A model generated the notes under the pieces. The model searched no databases. It was not told where the DNA came from and was given only the letters and a program-made list of their open reading frames with translations. Shown piece by piece: positions 1-13,705 of a stretch of 64,000 nucleotides of DNA. The stretch is from Octopus sinensis (Eukaryota). The stretch covers positions 129,828,001-129,892,000 of the forward strand of contig NC_042997.1 in assembly GCF_006345805.1 (NCBI RefSeq), read 5' to 3'. Each line of letters begins with the position of its first letter. Position 1 is the first letter of the stretch. The translations under genes were made by a program, and so were the position numbers.

Positions 1-950
1 TAGGGTTCTTATTCTTTAAAGTCCAGATGAACCCACTCAAACTTGTACAATTATACTTTCCCAATTTTTGAAAGAAGAAAGGTGGTTAGATAATCTTTGT
101 TTAAAGTTAGTAGAACATGAAGCTGTCACTAACTGTACATTTGTAAACTAGGTTTTTCTGAGGTATTACTCTTCATGTGGACATACTAATTTGCTCTTAC
201 AGTTACAATCATGCTTATTAACATTAACCCTATGCTTGCTATTGGCAGAAGTATTATGTGCTCTGTCTATATCATTATGTACCACTATGAAAAGTATTGG
301 TTTCACTATCAATTAAATAGTTGTACTATAAGATTCCTTACTTGATTCATTTAATTCATATGTGTGGTTTGGGCTTAGTTACCTCTCTTATACTAGCTTC
401 TGTAGGTTTGCTATTGTTTCCACTATTACTGCTACCCAAACAGACGCTCATTATTCCACTAGAATCATTCATAATATGTTCTACCTTATCCATACAGTTA
501 TTATTATTACAAGCCATATTATCACTATTTGTATTCTATTTTTTGTGTTTACTAGGTTCCTACGAGTGAATTCTCTAATTTTCTTAAAATTGTGTGCTGG
601 TATAATTTGGGTTAGGTTCCTAGTTGTCAAAAAGGAAAACCTAAGTGTGTACTGGCATGAAATCTGATTATATTTGCAGGTTGTGGCTTTCTAAGTCTCA
701 AAGACTGTACTATACCATAATATATGTCTAGACCTTGCTTTTCTATTGGTGGGGTGGTCACAGTTTTTGTTAACCTAATTTTTATGTCTTTTGTATGATT
801 TAAAAAAAAAATCTATTAACCTGTTTATTAAGGAGTTTACTTAAATTTATATTGTTATCCATTAGGAAACTATTTATATTGTGATGTTTGGCATGCTAAC
901 AGGAAATCTCATTTTCCTTGTCATGGTCTTTTTGTTTTATGTGAACTAGA
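1..950 (-). mobile_element. Decayed Penelope-like retroelement ORF (Zn-linker plus GIY-YIG endonuclease, probably RT C-terminal part upstream)
   Basis: Minus-strand translation across frameshifts in 1-215 gives CNCKSKLVCP..YL.KNLVYKCTV...FKQRLSNHLSSF...NCTSLSGFIWTLKNKNP, matching the PLE CxC-CP linker, VY motif, FKxRxxNH and TxLSxxIWxLK patterns. The extent beyond ~215 is inferred. Confidence 0.7.
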
Positions 951-1077
951 ACCTTGAACAAAACTGCAGAGCAATGTCTACTTTAGATGAATATGCACGA
1001 CAAGATTTATATTTAAATCAACAAAATGCACATAACTGCTACATCAAAAGACATTACGACACTTATTCAGCAGAAAC

Positions 1078-1306
1078 GTCGAGCTGGCAGAAACATTAGC
1101 ACGCCGGGTGAAATGCGTAGCCGTATTTCGTCTGTCGTTACGTTCCAAGTTCAAATTCCGCCGAGGTCAACTTTGCCTTTCATCCTTTTGGGGGTCGATA
1201 AATTAAGTACCAGTTACACACTGGGATCGATGTAATCGACTTAATCCCTTTGTCTGTCCTTGTTTGTCCCCTCTGTGTTTAGACCCTTGTGGGTAGTAAA
1301 GAAATA
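1078..1306 (+). mobile_element. tRNA-derived SINE, family A
   Basis: Box-B-like GTTCAAATTCC and central GAGGTCAACTTTGCCTTTCATCC. Flanked by a 14-bp TSD TATTCAGCAGAAAC (1064-1077, 1307-1320). Many copies in the window. Confidence 0.9.
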
Positions 1307-2989
1307 TATTCAGCAGAAACATGTGTTGAATCAGAATTTGATGAGAATAATGCATTAATAAATAAATTTTGAAGATATATAATTCTCCACTCTTCTTTAC
1401 GTTTTGATTATATATTGTGTAGGCTGTATGAAATCCAATGAAGCATACTTGGGATTTACCTACAGAATGAAGTACCATTCCATTGATTATCTTAAACAAT
1501 TCTGTATGTTCTGTAACAGCTTGATGTATTGGTAAATAGTCAAAAGCATTGGAGAGCATAAAAATTGAAGTGGTAGTTGAGAAAAAGTTAGCTGACAAGG
1601 AGGACTGGAAGCCATCTGAATATTGGGAAAAAGTTACCTGTATTATGATGGTTTGCACTGGGTGTGAAAACGCCGACACCATGACTGCTGCTCAATGACC
1701 TGTGAATACCATAAAGGCTATAAGACACAACACAGACAACTGCAACAGAAACTATGAAGTCATGGCCAACAGGAAGGGACACAGCAGGTGTTCTGACTGT
1801 GTTTGCATGCTATATTTCATTTGATAACTGCAGGACAAAGCCTTAGGCTAATTTCAGATGGCTATGTGAAGCTACTGGAAACTATGGTCAAAACCTGGTT
1901 GGAGAGGGTTACTAATAGAAAGCCATGTGTGTGGCAGTAGGATTTGGTTTTCAGAAGTAGTTGTTAGAGAATTTCTATGACTTCATCAGCCACAATTTCT
2001 GTCTTCTTAATTCGCCTGGGTTGTAATCCCATCAACTGCATTGTTTGTAATACCAAAGCTAAGCTGTAGCCAAGATTAAGGAGTTCTTAAAAGATCTTCC
2101 TAGTGACATGGAGAGGAACACAGACACCAGGTTCTAGAACCATTCTGAGGCTGTGGTGGAAGCTGAGTGTGGTTACTTAGCATAAATTGTTATCTGTGAG
2201 CCATAATCCAGTTGATATTTTTGGATGGGATATTGTACTTCCTTTTCCTTTTATGCAAGCTGTTAAATTTAATCTGAACACCCTGTATATATGTATGTGC
2301 ATGTAGATATATAAATATATATTTCTATCTACATATGTACGACATATATATATGTATATACACATCATCATCAATGTTATAGAAGCAGATTTTCTATGGT
2401 GGGAACAACCAATCCTCACCCATTTACAGTCAAGGTAATATTCCTCATGTCTGAAACAGGTTCTCACAATATATTGGAAATAAATGACACTGCTCCCATT
2501 AAGTGACATACAAGACAAGGAGATAAAATACACACATATACATACACACACATCAGTATCATCGTTTAACATCCGCTTTCCATGCTAGCATGTGTTGGAC
2601 GATTTGACTAAGGTCCGGCGAACCAGATGGCTGCACCAGACTCCAATCTGATCTGGCAGAGTTTCTACAGCTGGATGCACTTCCTAACGCCATATATGCA
2701 TACATGTGTGTGCGTATATATATATATATGCATACATGTATATATACCTATATACACACATCTATATATACATATAGATACACACATATAAACACATGCA
2801 TACATATACACACATATATACAAATACTACACTGTAAAGTGATTGGCATTAGGAAGGCCATCCAGTCATGGAAACCATACCAAAGCAAACACTAGAGTAC
2901 AATGTTGTCCTTGAACCCACTGGATTCTCTCACACTGTCCAATCCATGCTAGCAAGCAACATGAACATTAAATCTGAGATATATATATA

Positions 2990-3320
2990 TATCATCATCA
3001 TCATTTAACGTCCATTTTCCATGCTGGTATGTGTTGGACAGTTTGATTGAAAACTGGTAAGCTATGGAGCTGCCCCATGTTCCAGTCTGAGTTGGCATGG
3101 TTTCTACAGCTGGATACCCTTCCTAACACTAACCACTCCAAAAGTTTAGTGGGTGCTTTTTACATGCCACTGGCATGGGTACCAGTAACAGAACATCAGC
3201 ACTGGTTATGACTATGATCTCAGTTGCTTGACAGGTCTTCTCAAGCATGATACATTGCCAAAGATCTCGGTCACTTGTTACTGTCTCTGTGAAACCCACA
3301 GTTTGAAGGGTACTTTTTAA
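2990..3320 (-). mobile_element. 5'-truncated copy of the RTE LINE 3' UTR with (GAT)n tail
   Basis: Matches the 3' UTR at 30320-30906 (TTAGGAAGGGCATCCAGCTGTAGAAAC...CATGGAAA..GGACGTTAAA(TGA)n). Similar copies lie near 2555-2690, 9940-10330, 15290-15630, 35270-35475, 43080-43285, 51040-51220, 53058-53195, 53845-54095 and 55700-56050. Confidence 0.8.
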
Positions 3321-3349
3321 TAATTATAATAATGATTATTAATAATAAT

Positions 3350-3828
3350 AATGGTTTCAAATTTTGGCACAAAGCCAGCAATTTCAGGGCAGGGTTAAAT
3401 CAATTACATTGATCCCAGTGCTCAACTGGTACTTATTTCATTGACCCTGAAAGGATGACAGGCAAAGTTGATGAAAGTTGGTGAAAATGGATGAAAGGTA
3501 AAGTTGACCTTGATGGAATTTAAACTCAGAATGTAAGGACAGACGAAATGCCACAAAGCATTTTGTCCAGCATGCTAATGATTCTGCAAGCTCGCTGCCT
3601 TAATAATAAAAATTATTCTTTCTACTATAGGCATAAGGCCTGAAATTTAAGGGAGGGAGTTCGTTGATTACATCAACTCCAGTGCTCAACTGATACTTAT
3701 TTCATCAATCCCGAAAAGGATGAAAGCAAAGTTGACCTTGGTGGAATTTGAACTCAGAATTCAAGGACAGATGAAATGCCGCAAAACATTTTGCCTGGCG
3801 TGCTAATGATTCTGCTTGCTTGCTGCCT

Positions 3829-3830
<2 letters not shown>
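3350..3830 (-). mobile_element. Two tandem SINE family A copies in (AAT)n
   Basis: Reverse-complement matches to 1078-1306 (GATGAAAGG.AAAGTTGACC, GGAATTTGAACTCAGAAT). Confidence 0.8.
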
Positions 3831-3894
<64 letters not shown>

Positions 3895-3964
3895 GCCCTA
3901 GGATGCTGGGTGTGCCTCGGTGAGTGATTGTAATAAATATGCAGATTAAAAGTAAATAATAATA

Positions 3965-4540
3965 ATAATAATAAATGCCCTGATACAGTACCAGGCAGTG
4001 GCTTTCATGGCTTTTGATCTTAACTGATTGGAAGTGTTATCATGTACATTGTTTTGTCTTGGTATAAAAGATGAGCTACAGCAAATATTCTGCTGAATAC
4101 CACAGATTTGCTTTGTCAGTTGCTTGACCATAACCATTTGAGCATGTCCCTTAGTGGCTGACGATATGTGAATCTCTGATCATGAGCAGAAGTAGTGGGA
4201 GAGTATCATAGCCATGTGTTGAGAGGAATTCTTTGGGGTTTGGATAATTCACCTTTGGAAACATGCGTGTTTTGTTCAACATCCTTAAACAACCCTTATT
4301 CAGAGACCTTTTGAGCAGAATGGGCTAGTGGACCTGAAGAAAATTCCAACTGGGCCCCACCTACAAGGTCATGCACTGTTTATCTTGATATTAGATCATT
4401 ATGTCGCGTACATATGGTTTCGATGCATGTACCTGGTGTATCCTTATCAAACAGGTAGTCATGGCAGGTATACTGGGCTTCGTATGTTTTACTCCAGTGT
4501 CACTTTGATGGCATGCACTGCTCTCCCACTCAATAATAAT
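3965..4540. repeat. Probable interspersed repeat bounded by (AAT)n, unclassified
   Basis: A more GC-rich block bracketed by AAT tracts on both sides, with no intact ORF. There is no second copy in the window. Confidence 0.4.
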
Positions 4541-6316
4541 AATACAGAAGAGAGGGTACATGAATTGCAACAAAATACAGAGTTTACTGACTGTCTATGA
4601 GCAATAGGTGATGGCATCCAAAATGAGTGACCTATAGATATGAAAATATCACATTTGTAACTATGAACCCTATAGATAAACTGACTAACAACATTGCCTC
4701 AAACCAGTTGCTTTGGAAATGTGTCAGTAACCAGGGGGCAGTTAATACAACAAAAATCTTGACACAAAGTAGTAAATGATTAAATGTTTGAATGGCTAAT
4801 ATGTGTCCTCCATGCTGTAGCTATTACACACACACACACACACATATATTTATCACGATCATCATCATTTAATGTCTGTATTCAACAGCTGAACAGGATC
4901 TGATGAGCAAGAGGAATGCATTGAGCTCCAATCTTCAATATCTGCTTAGGCATGGTTTCTGTGATGGGATGCTATTCCTAATGCCAAGCAATTTACAGAG
5001 TGTACTGGATACTTTATATATGGCAATAGCATTAGCGCAGTCCCCAAGTAATTTGCAAAGTAAGACCCCTCAACTGAGTGGGGATGCAATATTAAAGAAT
5101 GTGTACTTGACCAGATGTTGAGAGGCTTAAGTATGAGAGGGTGACAGAAATAGGTATCTTGCTGTAGAGAAAATACACAGCTATTGTAGCAGGAAAGAGA
5201 GAAAGGATGGGAGATTAGGTATCAAAGCAACTCTCAATTGCATAAGTCAGATTAAAAAGGAACAGACACAGAGAATCAAGGATAGCTGGGTGATTTGGTT
5301 CATGTGAATGTGACATTTAAAGTGGGATTGAGGTGAAAGTAGTAAATAATGAACAGAGTGGAGTGTGGTCAATGGTGAATATCAGTTTGGAAGGTGAAGT
5401 AAAGAAAAATAGAAATGGGTCAGGGAAGAGGAGGTGACAGTGACAATACATGAAAAGGCAGGTTGCAGTAGAAAGCAACATCATAATAAAGCTGTAGATA
5501 GACGAAATGTAGAGCTACAATAGAAAGAGAGATGGCTTTATGCTAGGACATGAAGGGTTACATTATGACAGAAGAGGCCAGAACAGAAAAAGTTTCTTGT
5601 TGAAGAGGAGCTACATGACTACTCACATTAGAAAAGAGAGGGTATACCATCAAAATGCAAGGTGAGTAGAAATGAGTGGGAATTGTAATAGCGAATAGTA
5701 AAGTGAAAGATGTTTAGAAATGAAGTATGGGTGGAGAGGGGAATATAACGAAGAACAATAAGTAGAGAAGAGCAGGTGATAACAGTAGAAACTAGCTAGG
5801 GATGAGGGCTGGATGTACTGAATGGTGGATAAAGGGGGAATGACCATTGAGACATAAGTTGGGAGGAAGTCAGTTAGAGTAGGAAATGACTGACAGAGAA
5901 GAGAAAATGGGAAGGGGGGGAAAAACAGTAAGAGAGAGAGAGAGAGAATGACATGTGGTTGAGGATGATAAATGTAAAAAGTGGGTGGAGAAGACAGTAT
6001 TAAGAATGGATAACAAGTGAAATGGTTCTAAGTAGTAAGAAGGATACACAGCATCAGAGAAAAGCTGGTGAAGTATGCAGTTCAGCTCATATGTAATTAC
6101 AGCAGTGGAAATGGTTTGAGTAGGGAATTAAGTTGGGGAAAGGCCTCAATTGTGCATATATATCTATGTAAATATCCATGTATATATATATATAAATATA
6201 CATGCATATGCACACACACACACACGTGTATGTATGTATATATATAGTTGAAATTTACAGAAAAACAAAAGATGAAGACAGGTGTATTAGTTTGACGCTT
6301 GGGAAAGTGAGAAAGT

Positions 6317-6352
6317 CGTTTACATTTCGAGCCTACGCTCTTCAACAGAAAG
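6317..6352 (-). ncRNA. Minimal HHR-like motif (A6U core), PLE-terminus family A (element ~6245-6410)
   Basis: Minus strand reads CTTT CTGTTGA A GAGC GTAG GCTC GAAA TG TA AACG. The element abuts a TA-rich tract and is homologous to 35475-35670 and 28960-29120. Confidence 0.55.
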
Positions 6353-7276
6353 GAACGTGAAGAAATAAACAGAGAGAGAATAAAAAAACTTGTGGATTTA
6401 GCGATCAATACTAATCTATATCTAATAGATGCTTTCAGGAGTTTGTCCTATTCTCCAACCATCCGCTCATATTTATGCAACAATTATTTGTTCCTCCACT
6501 GCTGTTTTATTTCTCCCTTTCTTCATTTCCTTTTATCTATTATTTGCTCATATGCTCTCTCCCTTTCTCCTGTCTCAATATTTGTTTCTCTTTGTTTCTC
6601 ACTTTCTTTCTCTCTCTTACCACTTTGCTCACAGTCTACCAAGTGTTACAAACACTCTCTATTTCTATGTATTTATCTCTCTCTCTCTCACCATCTCTCA
6701 ACACTTACAACTCCTCATAAAAATTTGCCAGCATCTTGAAGTACAAGGAAATGAACAGTAGTAATAAAATGGAGGGAGCAAAAGAAAAATAAAACAATAA
6801 GATAGGAATAGAGAAGAAGAAACTGCTCTCTTGGCTGGATGTTATCTATTTCTCTTTTTATTTCTTTATTTCTTTTACAACTTTACTTTATAATTTCTTT
6901 CTCTCTCTCTTTGAATACTTACTGCTCCTCATAAAATTTGGTAATGTCTTTGGAGGTTTCACATCAAAAGTTATTTTATTTGAAAAGTGTATATGTCACA
7001 AAAGCATTATCTTTTCAGGTTAGTCTTTCTTTACATTTCCATATGTTCCATCACTCGAATCCTTTACATCTTTACAATTCTTGAAACTGCATTTGTATAA
7101 TTTCTCAAGTCATAACCACGTATCAGCATCAGACACTGATAACTTCATTCTATAACATTAACGTTCATATAATTTTTTGATCTTCTTGTTTTCCTTTTTT
7201 TAAATAAAAGAATTTTTTCCTCTTTGGTATAACAGGAAGGAACACTTACTATTGTAGTAATCTGTTTCCATCGATA

Positions 7277-8300
7277 ATGTCACAGAAAAGATGTGCCCCA
7301 TCAACAATATCTTCTGCTGTCAAATGCAAGTGGGCTCTGAGGACAGCATAAACATGAACAGCATCAACAAAGACCTTAAACTAATGTTATTAGGAACACA
7401 GCTTGTAGAAGAAAACTTGAGACTTGTAGTGTACATGGCACTCACCATAAACTGAATGCTACCAGGTAGGCTGCTCACAGACTGCTGGAGACACCTGATG
7501 AATAACAGACTAGCCTTCAACAGAATGCTACCAGACAGACTGCGCATAGCATGAAATGCCACAACAGTGCCAGAGCAGGCAAGGCAGAAAACTCAGAGCA
7601 AAATAGAGGCTAGATCCCAGTCATACACAAGCTATGACAAAAGGTGCTTTCACCTATGATCTTAGACATGACTGAAAAAGTAGTTTCAATTGCTACCATG
7701 TCCAAAATTTGTGGCACGTACTTGTCCAAGAAATGAAAACAAGACAAATGCAATATGCACATGCTGATCAACTAGAACCCCTAAAACAGTTTCTTATTGC
7801 CGTTACTGAGAAGTCCATGCATTTTTTCGAAGAATATCAGAAAATATAACTCTGCTGGTGAAATGACTTCCTTTGGAGCCAACAATATAGGAGAAGGGCA
7901 AACATTGTACAACATTGGTTCAGTTCAGTCTCTCCCAAAGTAACAGCTCTGGTTTCTGTACATGCACTTTGTTGATAACTTAAAGAGACAGTCTAATCAT
8001 GGAAATACCTTCTCCCCAAACACAAGGTATGACTTTAATATATTATTCATATAAAGAGCAGATGTGTCACGAGTTTCAAAAATGTCTTTCTGTATGTAGC
8101 CACTTTAAAGCTTTGAATTGTCATTGATGAAAAGTACAGGCCACCTAGTGAATGTGCACATCATTCCAATGCACCTGAATGTAAGGAGGTTGCAGTCTGA
8201 ATGAGTGGACATATAGCAAAAGAGACAGCATTCTGAAGTACAAAGATAACACCATCAAATGAAACACAGACCCTATGATGTATCATGATACATCCAAATG
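7277..8300 (+). mobile_element. Decayed Helitron RepHel N-terminal coding region
   Basis: Translation gives FSKNIRKYNSAGEMTSFGA (Helitron IRxYNSAFQMTSFGA), GQTLYNIGS, IVIDEKYRPPSECAHHSNAPECKEVAV (RPxGEHxRRFNAP..EVAV) and ETHRPYD, with stops and frameshifts. Confidence 0.8.
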
Positions 8301-8413
8301 AAATAAAATGATTTTCCCCTTCACTTAACCAAACATTTTTATTTAATATGCTTGAAGTTAGTACATGCACATGTATACGTATACATATGTAAACACACAC
8401 ACACATATATACA

Positions 8414-9247
8414 CATAAAGTGTGAAGGGTAAATTGTTGCCATTTTATATTTTTAATTTTGCACATGCACATTGTTTTATGTTTTATTGATTACACAGTA
8501 TAGTAGGGATAGTTGGGCACTATCTGTGAGAAAAACAGCACCATGATGCAATTTACTCTGCCAGAAATTTGGAAACAACATGCTGTACTGGTTGGCATTC
8601 GCGACAGAAGCTCCAATACAAACATGTAACGAGTGATAAAAATCAAGCATCCAGTCAACATCATGGTGTTTGGAATGATCACTACTGATGGTGACATTAT
8701 GCCTCCATTCATCTTCCCACATGGCCTCAGACTCAACATGGAGGCCTACATCAAATGCCTGGAGAAGGCAATACTGCCCTGGGTCAAGAGAGTGGCTGCT
8801 GGAAGACCCTGTGTCTGGCAACAGGACTCCGCACCATGCCACACAAGCAAGAAAATCCAGACATAGCTGTCCGACAATTTCTGTGACAACATCACCCCTA
8901 AAATCTGGCCACTTAACTCCCTAGACTGCAAACCCCCTTGATTAGCATGTGTGGGGTGTAGTTGAGCAAGAGACCAACAAAACTCCTTGTAACACCAAAG
9001 ATGAACTGAAGGCAAGGATTATGGCAGCATTCACCAACTCAAACAAGGAGATCATCCAGAAGAGTTGCAGGAGATTCCAAAGTCATCTGGAGGCCGCGGT
9101 TGAAACTAATTGTGATTTTATTGAATGAATTTACTCTTTAGTATTTCAAGATATTTTTATGTAATTTGGTAAATATATCTGTTAAAATGAGATGGCAGTG
9201 TTATTTTCATTTTTGTGAAATTTAGACAACAGTTTATTCATCACAGC

Positions 9248-9250
<3 letters not shown>
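8414..9250 (+). mobile_element. Internally deleted maT-type (DD37D) Tc1/mariner transposon
   Basis: Imperfect TIRs (..GTGTGAAGGGTAAATTGTTGCC / GACAACAGTTTATTCATCACAGCCTG). The peptide KHPVNIMVFG..PPFIF..WQQDSAPCH..IWPLNSLDC-PLD has 37 residues between the 2nd and 3rd D after one frameshift correction. Confidence 0.85.
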
Positions 9251-9342
<92 letters not shown>

Positions 9343-10451
9343 TAGCAAGATGGATATTTAGTCATCTTTCCTACCGCCATCAAGTGTATGTATCATTTGT
9401 TACTCTCCATCATATGTAATTTCTACAAGTGTTACCTACTGTCTCCTCTTCCATCTAACAATCTCTCACTCACACATATGTACTTTCAACTGCTATCTAC
9501 CTATACTAACTGTTCTTTTGTCACCACTCACATGTAAGAAGTTATGTAAATTCCCTATAGCAAGAAACCTGTTCATATATGCATGCATACACACATATAG
9601 AATATAAAGAAAGTCAGGAGGTATGAGATGAATATATATATTTCACCAGTTGATATCCATAAGGTTATGATCATTTTACAGCCAACATCATGAAATAAAG
9701 AATCTATTTTACTGTATAATAAATTATTTTACATATCTGCATTAGTGTATATATTATAAATTACATAGTACTATTGTATATTTTACATAATACAAGTATA
9801 GAATTCTAGCTCATCAGATCCACAAGAATATCATGGTTACATTCATTCTTCAACACCAATATACAATACAAAAAGTCATCTTTGCAATATACACATAGAT
9901 ATATATGTGTGTGTGCAAATATATATATATATATATCTCTATCATCATCATCATCATATAATGTCCGTTTTCCATGCCGGTGTGGGTTGGACAGTGTGAC
10001 TGAAAACTGATAATCTGGGGAGCTGCATCAGGTTTCAATTTGATTTGGTAATGTTTCTACAGCTGGATGCCCTTCCTAATGTCAACCACTCCAAAAAATG
10101 TTATGTGCCAGTTACGAAACATCAGCATTGGTCCATGACTACAATCTCACTTGGCTTGACAGGTCTTCTTAAGCAGTGTATTACCAGTGTATTACTAAAG
10201 GTCCTGGTCATTTGCCACTGTCTCCCTGGAGCCCAAGTTCGAAGGGTGCTTTTTACATGCCACCAGCACAGGTGCCACATATGTGACATTGGCATCAGCC
10301 ATGACTATGATTTCGTTTGGCTTGACAGGCATACACACACACAGATGTACATACATGTATACATACCATCACCAGCATTTAACTTCCTCCTTCTGTGCAG
10401 GAATGAATGAGACAAGTTGACAGGAGGTGGCAAATCAGAAGACTGCCATAA

Positions 10452-10483
<32 letters not shown>

Positions 10484-10979
10484 GCATCTACATAAATATG
10501 AACATATATCTATAGGTATAAATATATATACATATATAATTATATTGTAGAAATTCTGTGTGCAAACAGATGTGTGACTGCTACTGTTATGCTTAGGCCT
10601 TGATAAAAGATCATCATAATCAAGTCTGTTTCATTTATAGTTGTTAAGTAACGTCTACACTAGTTATAAACTACAGAGCAATTGTAGGAGAAATAAAGAT
10701 GAACACAAGCTTACATTATAATTCCTATGTGCGTTTCACCATTCTTGTTGTTTGGAGCCCTGCAATCTAAACTCTAATGACTCACAGATAACTGACTCCC
10801 ATTTATTTATCTTTTACTCACCTCTCCGCCGATTTCTCACCTGCCCTTTTCCCCACTCTACATTCCTCTTTCACTATCTCTTAACTGTATTTATTTATCT
10901 ATTTAGCATATTTACATTTTTTAATTTTACTTATAGTCATTCCACACAAATTATCATGTTGCTATGTTTCTATATATTA

Positions 10980-11200
10980 CATTAATCCCTCACCATATTG
11001 TGGTTCACCTATTGCGGTTTATTATTTAAGCTTACGTTGATTCCTCTGTGGTGTTGTTTTGCATTTATAATAAAATATACACAAATTATAAAAATAAAGA
11101 ACAAATATACAGTACAGTATTGTTTCTACTTCCGCGGATTTTCATCTATCGTGTGTGTGTGGGGGGGAACATAACACCCGTGATAGTCAAGAGATTACTG
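10980..11200. mobile_element. pogo/Tigger-like MITE
   Basis: Ends TA-CATTAATCCCTC... and ...GAGATTACTG-TA resemble CAGTAATCCCTC TIRs with a TA TSD. Confidence 0.55.
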
Positions 11201-11999
11201 TACATACCTTATATTTAATTCATTTCTGTTTTAGTTATACAAATTATTCACTTTTTTTTCTTTTTCATGTCCATCTCTTTTTTTCCTTTTTACCTCTTCC
11301 TAATTTCTTCTTTACTTTTTTGTATTTCTATTTTTTCCTTATTCTATTATCATTGTCAAGTTGTTTTCTTTATGACTCCCATTCTTCCCCTTCATCTTAA
11401 ACCTCCTCATTCTATTGCTTTCTTTCTATTTCTTTCCCAAAATAATTATAAAATGCTTCGCCATATATCCAGCTTTGGATGTAGTTATCTTTAACTTAAA
11501 GCAATAAAGTGTTTCCTGATGATCCATTGTGGCTGGGTATTTAAATACATTTGGAACACTTATCACAGCGCTCCAAACAACCATAATGGTGAAACATATG
11601 TAGGAACTATAACATAAACTTGTGTTTATCCTAATTTCTCATGCACACACACACACACTTTCTATCTTTTATATGTTTCAGCCCATAGGTTGTAGTCATG
11701 GAGTGTCACTGAAATGGGGTTGTTACACTTTTACTGGTCAATCTTCTTTAGTTAGCATTTGGTGAATTTTGTATTCCAAAGTTGCTACTTTTAGTCATGT
11801 TTCATGCTGGAAAGTAGGATTACGTGGAATTCTAGAAATTAGATGTCTACATCTACAATATGTATGTCACTTAAGTCTTTCAGCATTATATATATATATA
11901 TATATATATAAGTTAATCCAAACATGAAAACACAACAACACGAGGACGTGGAACAAGTAAAGTGTTATTGGACGCTCAGGAAAGGAAAGAAAGGAGGAA

Positions 12000-12031
12000 T
12001 TAATGTTTCGAGTGGAGCTCTTCATCAGAAA
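12000..12031 (-). ncRNA. Minimal HHR motif, PLE-terminus family B (element ~11910-12105)
   Basis: Minus strand reads TTT CTGATGA A GAGCTCCACTC GAAA CA TT AA. The core is canonical and stem I is weak. Homologous to 54224-54258; the 3' end abuts (TA)n. Confidence 0.6.
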
Positions 12032-12104
12032 CATAGGAAAATGAAAGATCCAAGGAAGGGAAGACGGAGGAAAAAAAAATCGCCAACAATACACACGTGC
12101 TCAC

Positions 12105-12151
<47 letters not shown>

Positions 12152-12563
12152 AATCCATGTATCATAAACAAAGTAGATACATCAGCAGAAGCTTAATTTA
12201 CTGTCGTATTCATCCTCAGTTTTCTGAGGTGTATATGTGTTTTTAGTATGTACAGTGTTAAAAAAACCCACAAAAATATGTCGGTAACCAGCAATGGTGG
12301 TGACATTGCTAAATGTGCATTTCTACTCCCCTGGGCTCAGCCAGCAGCAAGCATCCACATGACAAGACAAAATTACTCCATGCTGCCTGCTTATTGTAAC
12401 ATCAGTGATTTTTCAATCAGCGTTTTACAATGCCAGTAACAACATTTTTAAATGAATTCTTTATAGCTTTATTTGTATTGTGGTTCACCATTTCCCAAAA
12501 TCAATTATTTCATATTCCTTCAAAGTTTTTAAATCTTAAATTCTTAAATGTGTGTGTGTATGG

Positions 12564-12619
<56 letters not shown>

Positions 12620-12626
12620 ATATATA

Positions 12627-12743
<117 letters not shown>

Positions 12744-13074
12744 TTATATATGTATATACATGCATGTGTACGAACAAATATTTGCATATATATTCTTAAT
12801 ACATCAAGGCAGGCTCAGATACAAAACATTAATTGCAATAGTGTATGTCAAAGGAGAATAACCTCTCTTTTACAATGACAGAGTGTTCAACACTTGACTC
12901 ATAGATGCCCAGGATTCTGTGATACTAGTGTTTTGACATGTAGTGTCTCATCAACCAGAAGTATCTGAACCTTTGGGCCTAAACCAAGCTACTTGCCTTG
13001 TTTATACTTTCAACAAATGAATTGCTTGCTGATTGGTGCTTATATCTGCCAACTGTTTGTTAATTGGTGCTCAT

Positions 13075-13271
13075 ATCTCTTTTACTCTTTTACTTGTTTC
13101 AGTCATTTGACTGCGGCCATGCTGGAGCACCGCCTTTAGTCGAGCAAATCGACCCCGGGACTTATTCTTTGTAAGCCCAGTACTTATTCTATCGATCTCT
13201 TTTGCCGAACCGCTAAGTGACGGGGACGTAAACACACCAGCATCGGTTGTCAAGCAATGCTAAGGAGACAG

Positions 13272-13326
<55 letters not shown>

Positions 13327-13492
13327 TACGACAGGCTTCTTTCAGTTTCCGTCTACCAAATGCACTCACAAGGCTTTGGTCGGCCCGAGGCTATAGTAGA
13401 AGACACTTGCCCAAGATGCCATGCAGTGGGACTGAACCCGGAACCATGTAGTTGGTTAGCAAGCTACTTACCACACAGCCACTCCTGCGCCT
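13075..13492 (-). mobile_element. tRNA-derived SINE, family B (near full length, internal TA/CA microsatellite)
   Basis: Head GCAGGAGTGGCTGTGTGGTAAG...GGTTCAGTCCC (boxes A/B) and tail AAACAAGTAAAAGAGTAAAGAG. Other copies at ~29120-29285, 36745-36905, 42435-42960, 44125-44290, 59925-60165 and 60760-61150. Confidence 0.9.
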
Positions 13493-13624
13493 ATTTGGGT
13501 TATGTGCACCAATAAACCAAGCATGTTGAAAAATTATTCTATGACATACATTATACCAAATAGCATATTGTGCATCTAAAGCTGCTTAGATGTTTTGAGA
13601 ATAAATATGCAAATATATGTTTGA

Positions 13625-13705
13625 AGCTCTGATGAAGATATGGGGTGATTCTCAAGCACTCAAGTGTAAGTGCATTGTACCTTATAGCAGAAACAGCTGT
13701 AAGCT
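13625..13705 (+). ncRNA. Type I hammerhead ribozyme motif with long stem II
   Basis: AGCT CTGATGA [AGATATGGGGTG...TACCTTATAGCA] GAAA CAGCTG TA AGCT. Stem I is AGCT/AGCT, stem III is palindromic and the site is GUA. Stem II is partly decayed. A degenerate relative lies at ~27417-27480 (-). Confidence 0.7.

Noticed and set aside
1965-1995. CTGATGA...GAAA on the minus strand
   Set aside because: There is no stem II or stem I pairing, so it is a chance match.
1203-2200. 159-aa ORF and neighbouring complex sequence
   Set aside because: It runs into a SINE, has no recognisable motifs or splice pattern, and cannot be assigned.
10625-10685. Possible HHR relic (TTTATA...TATAAAT GAAA CAG) on the minus strand
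   Set aside because: The core and stem I are too degenerate to support.
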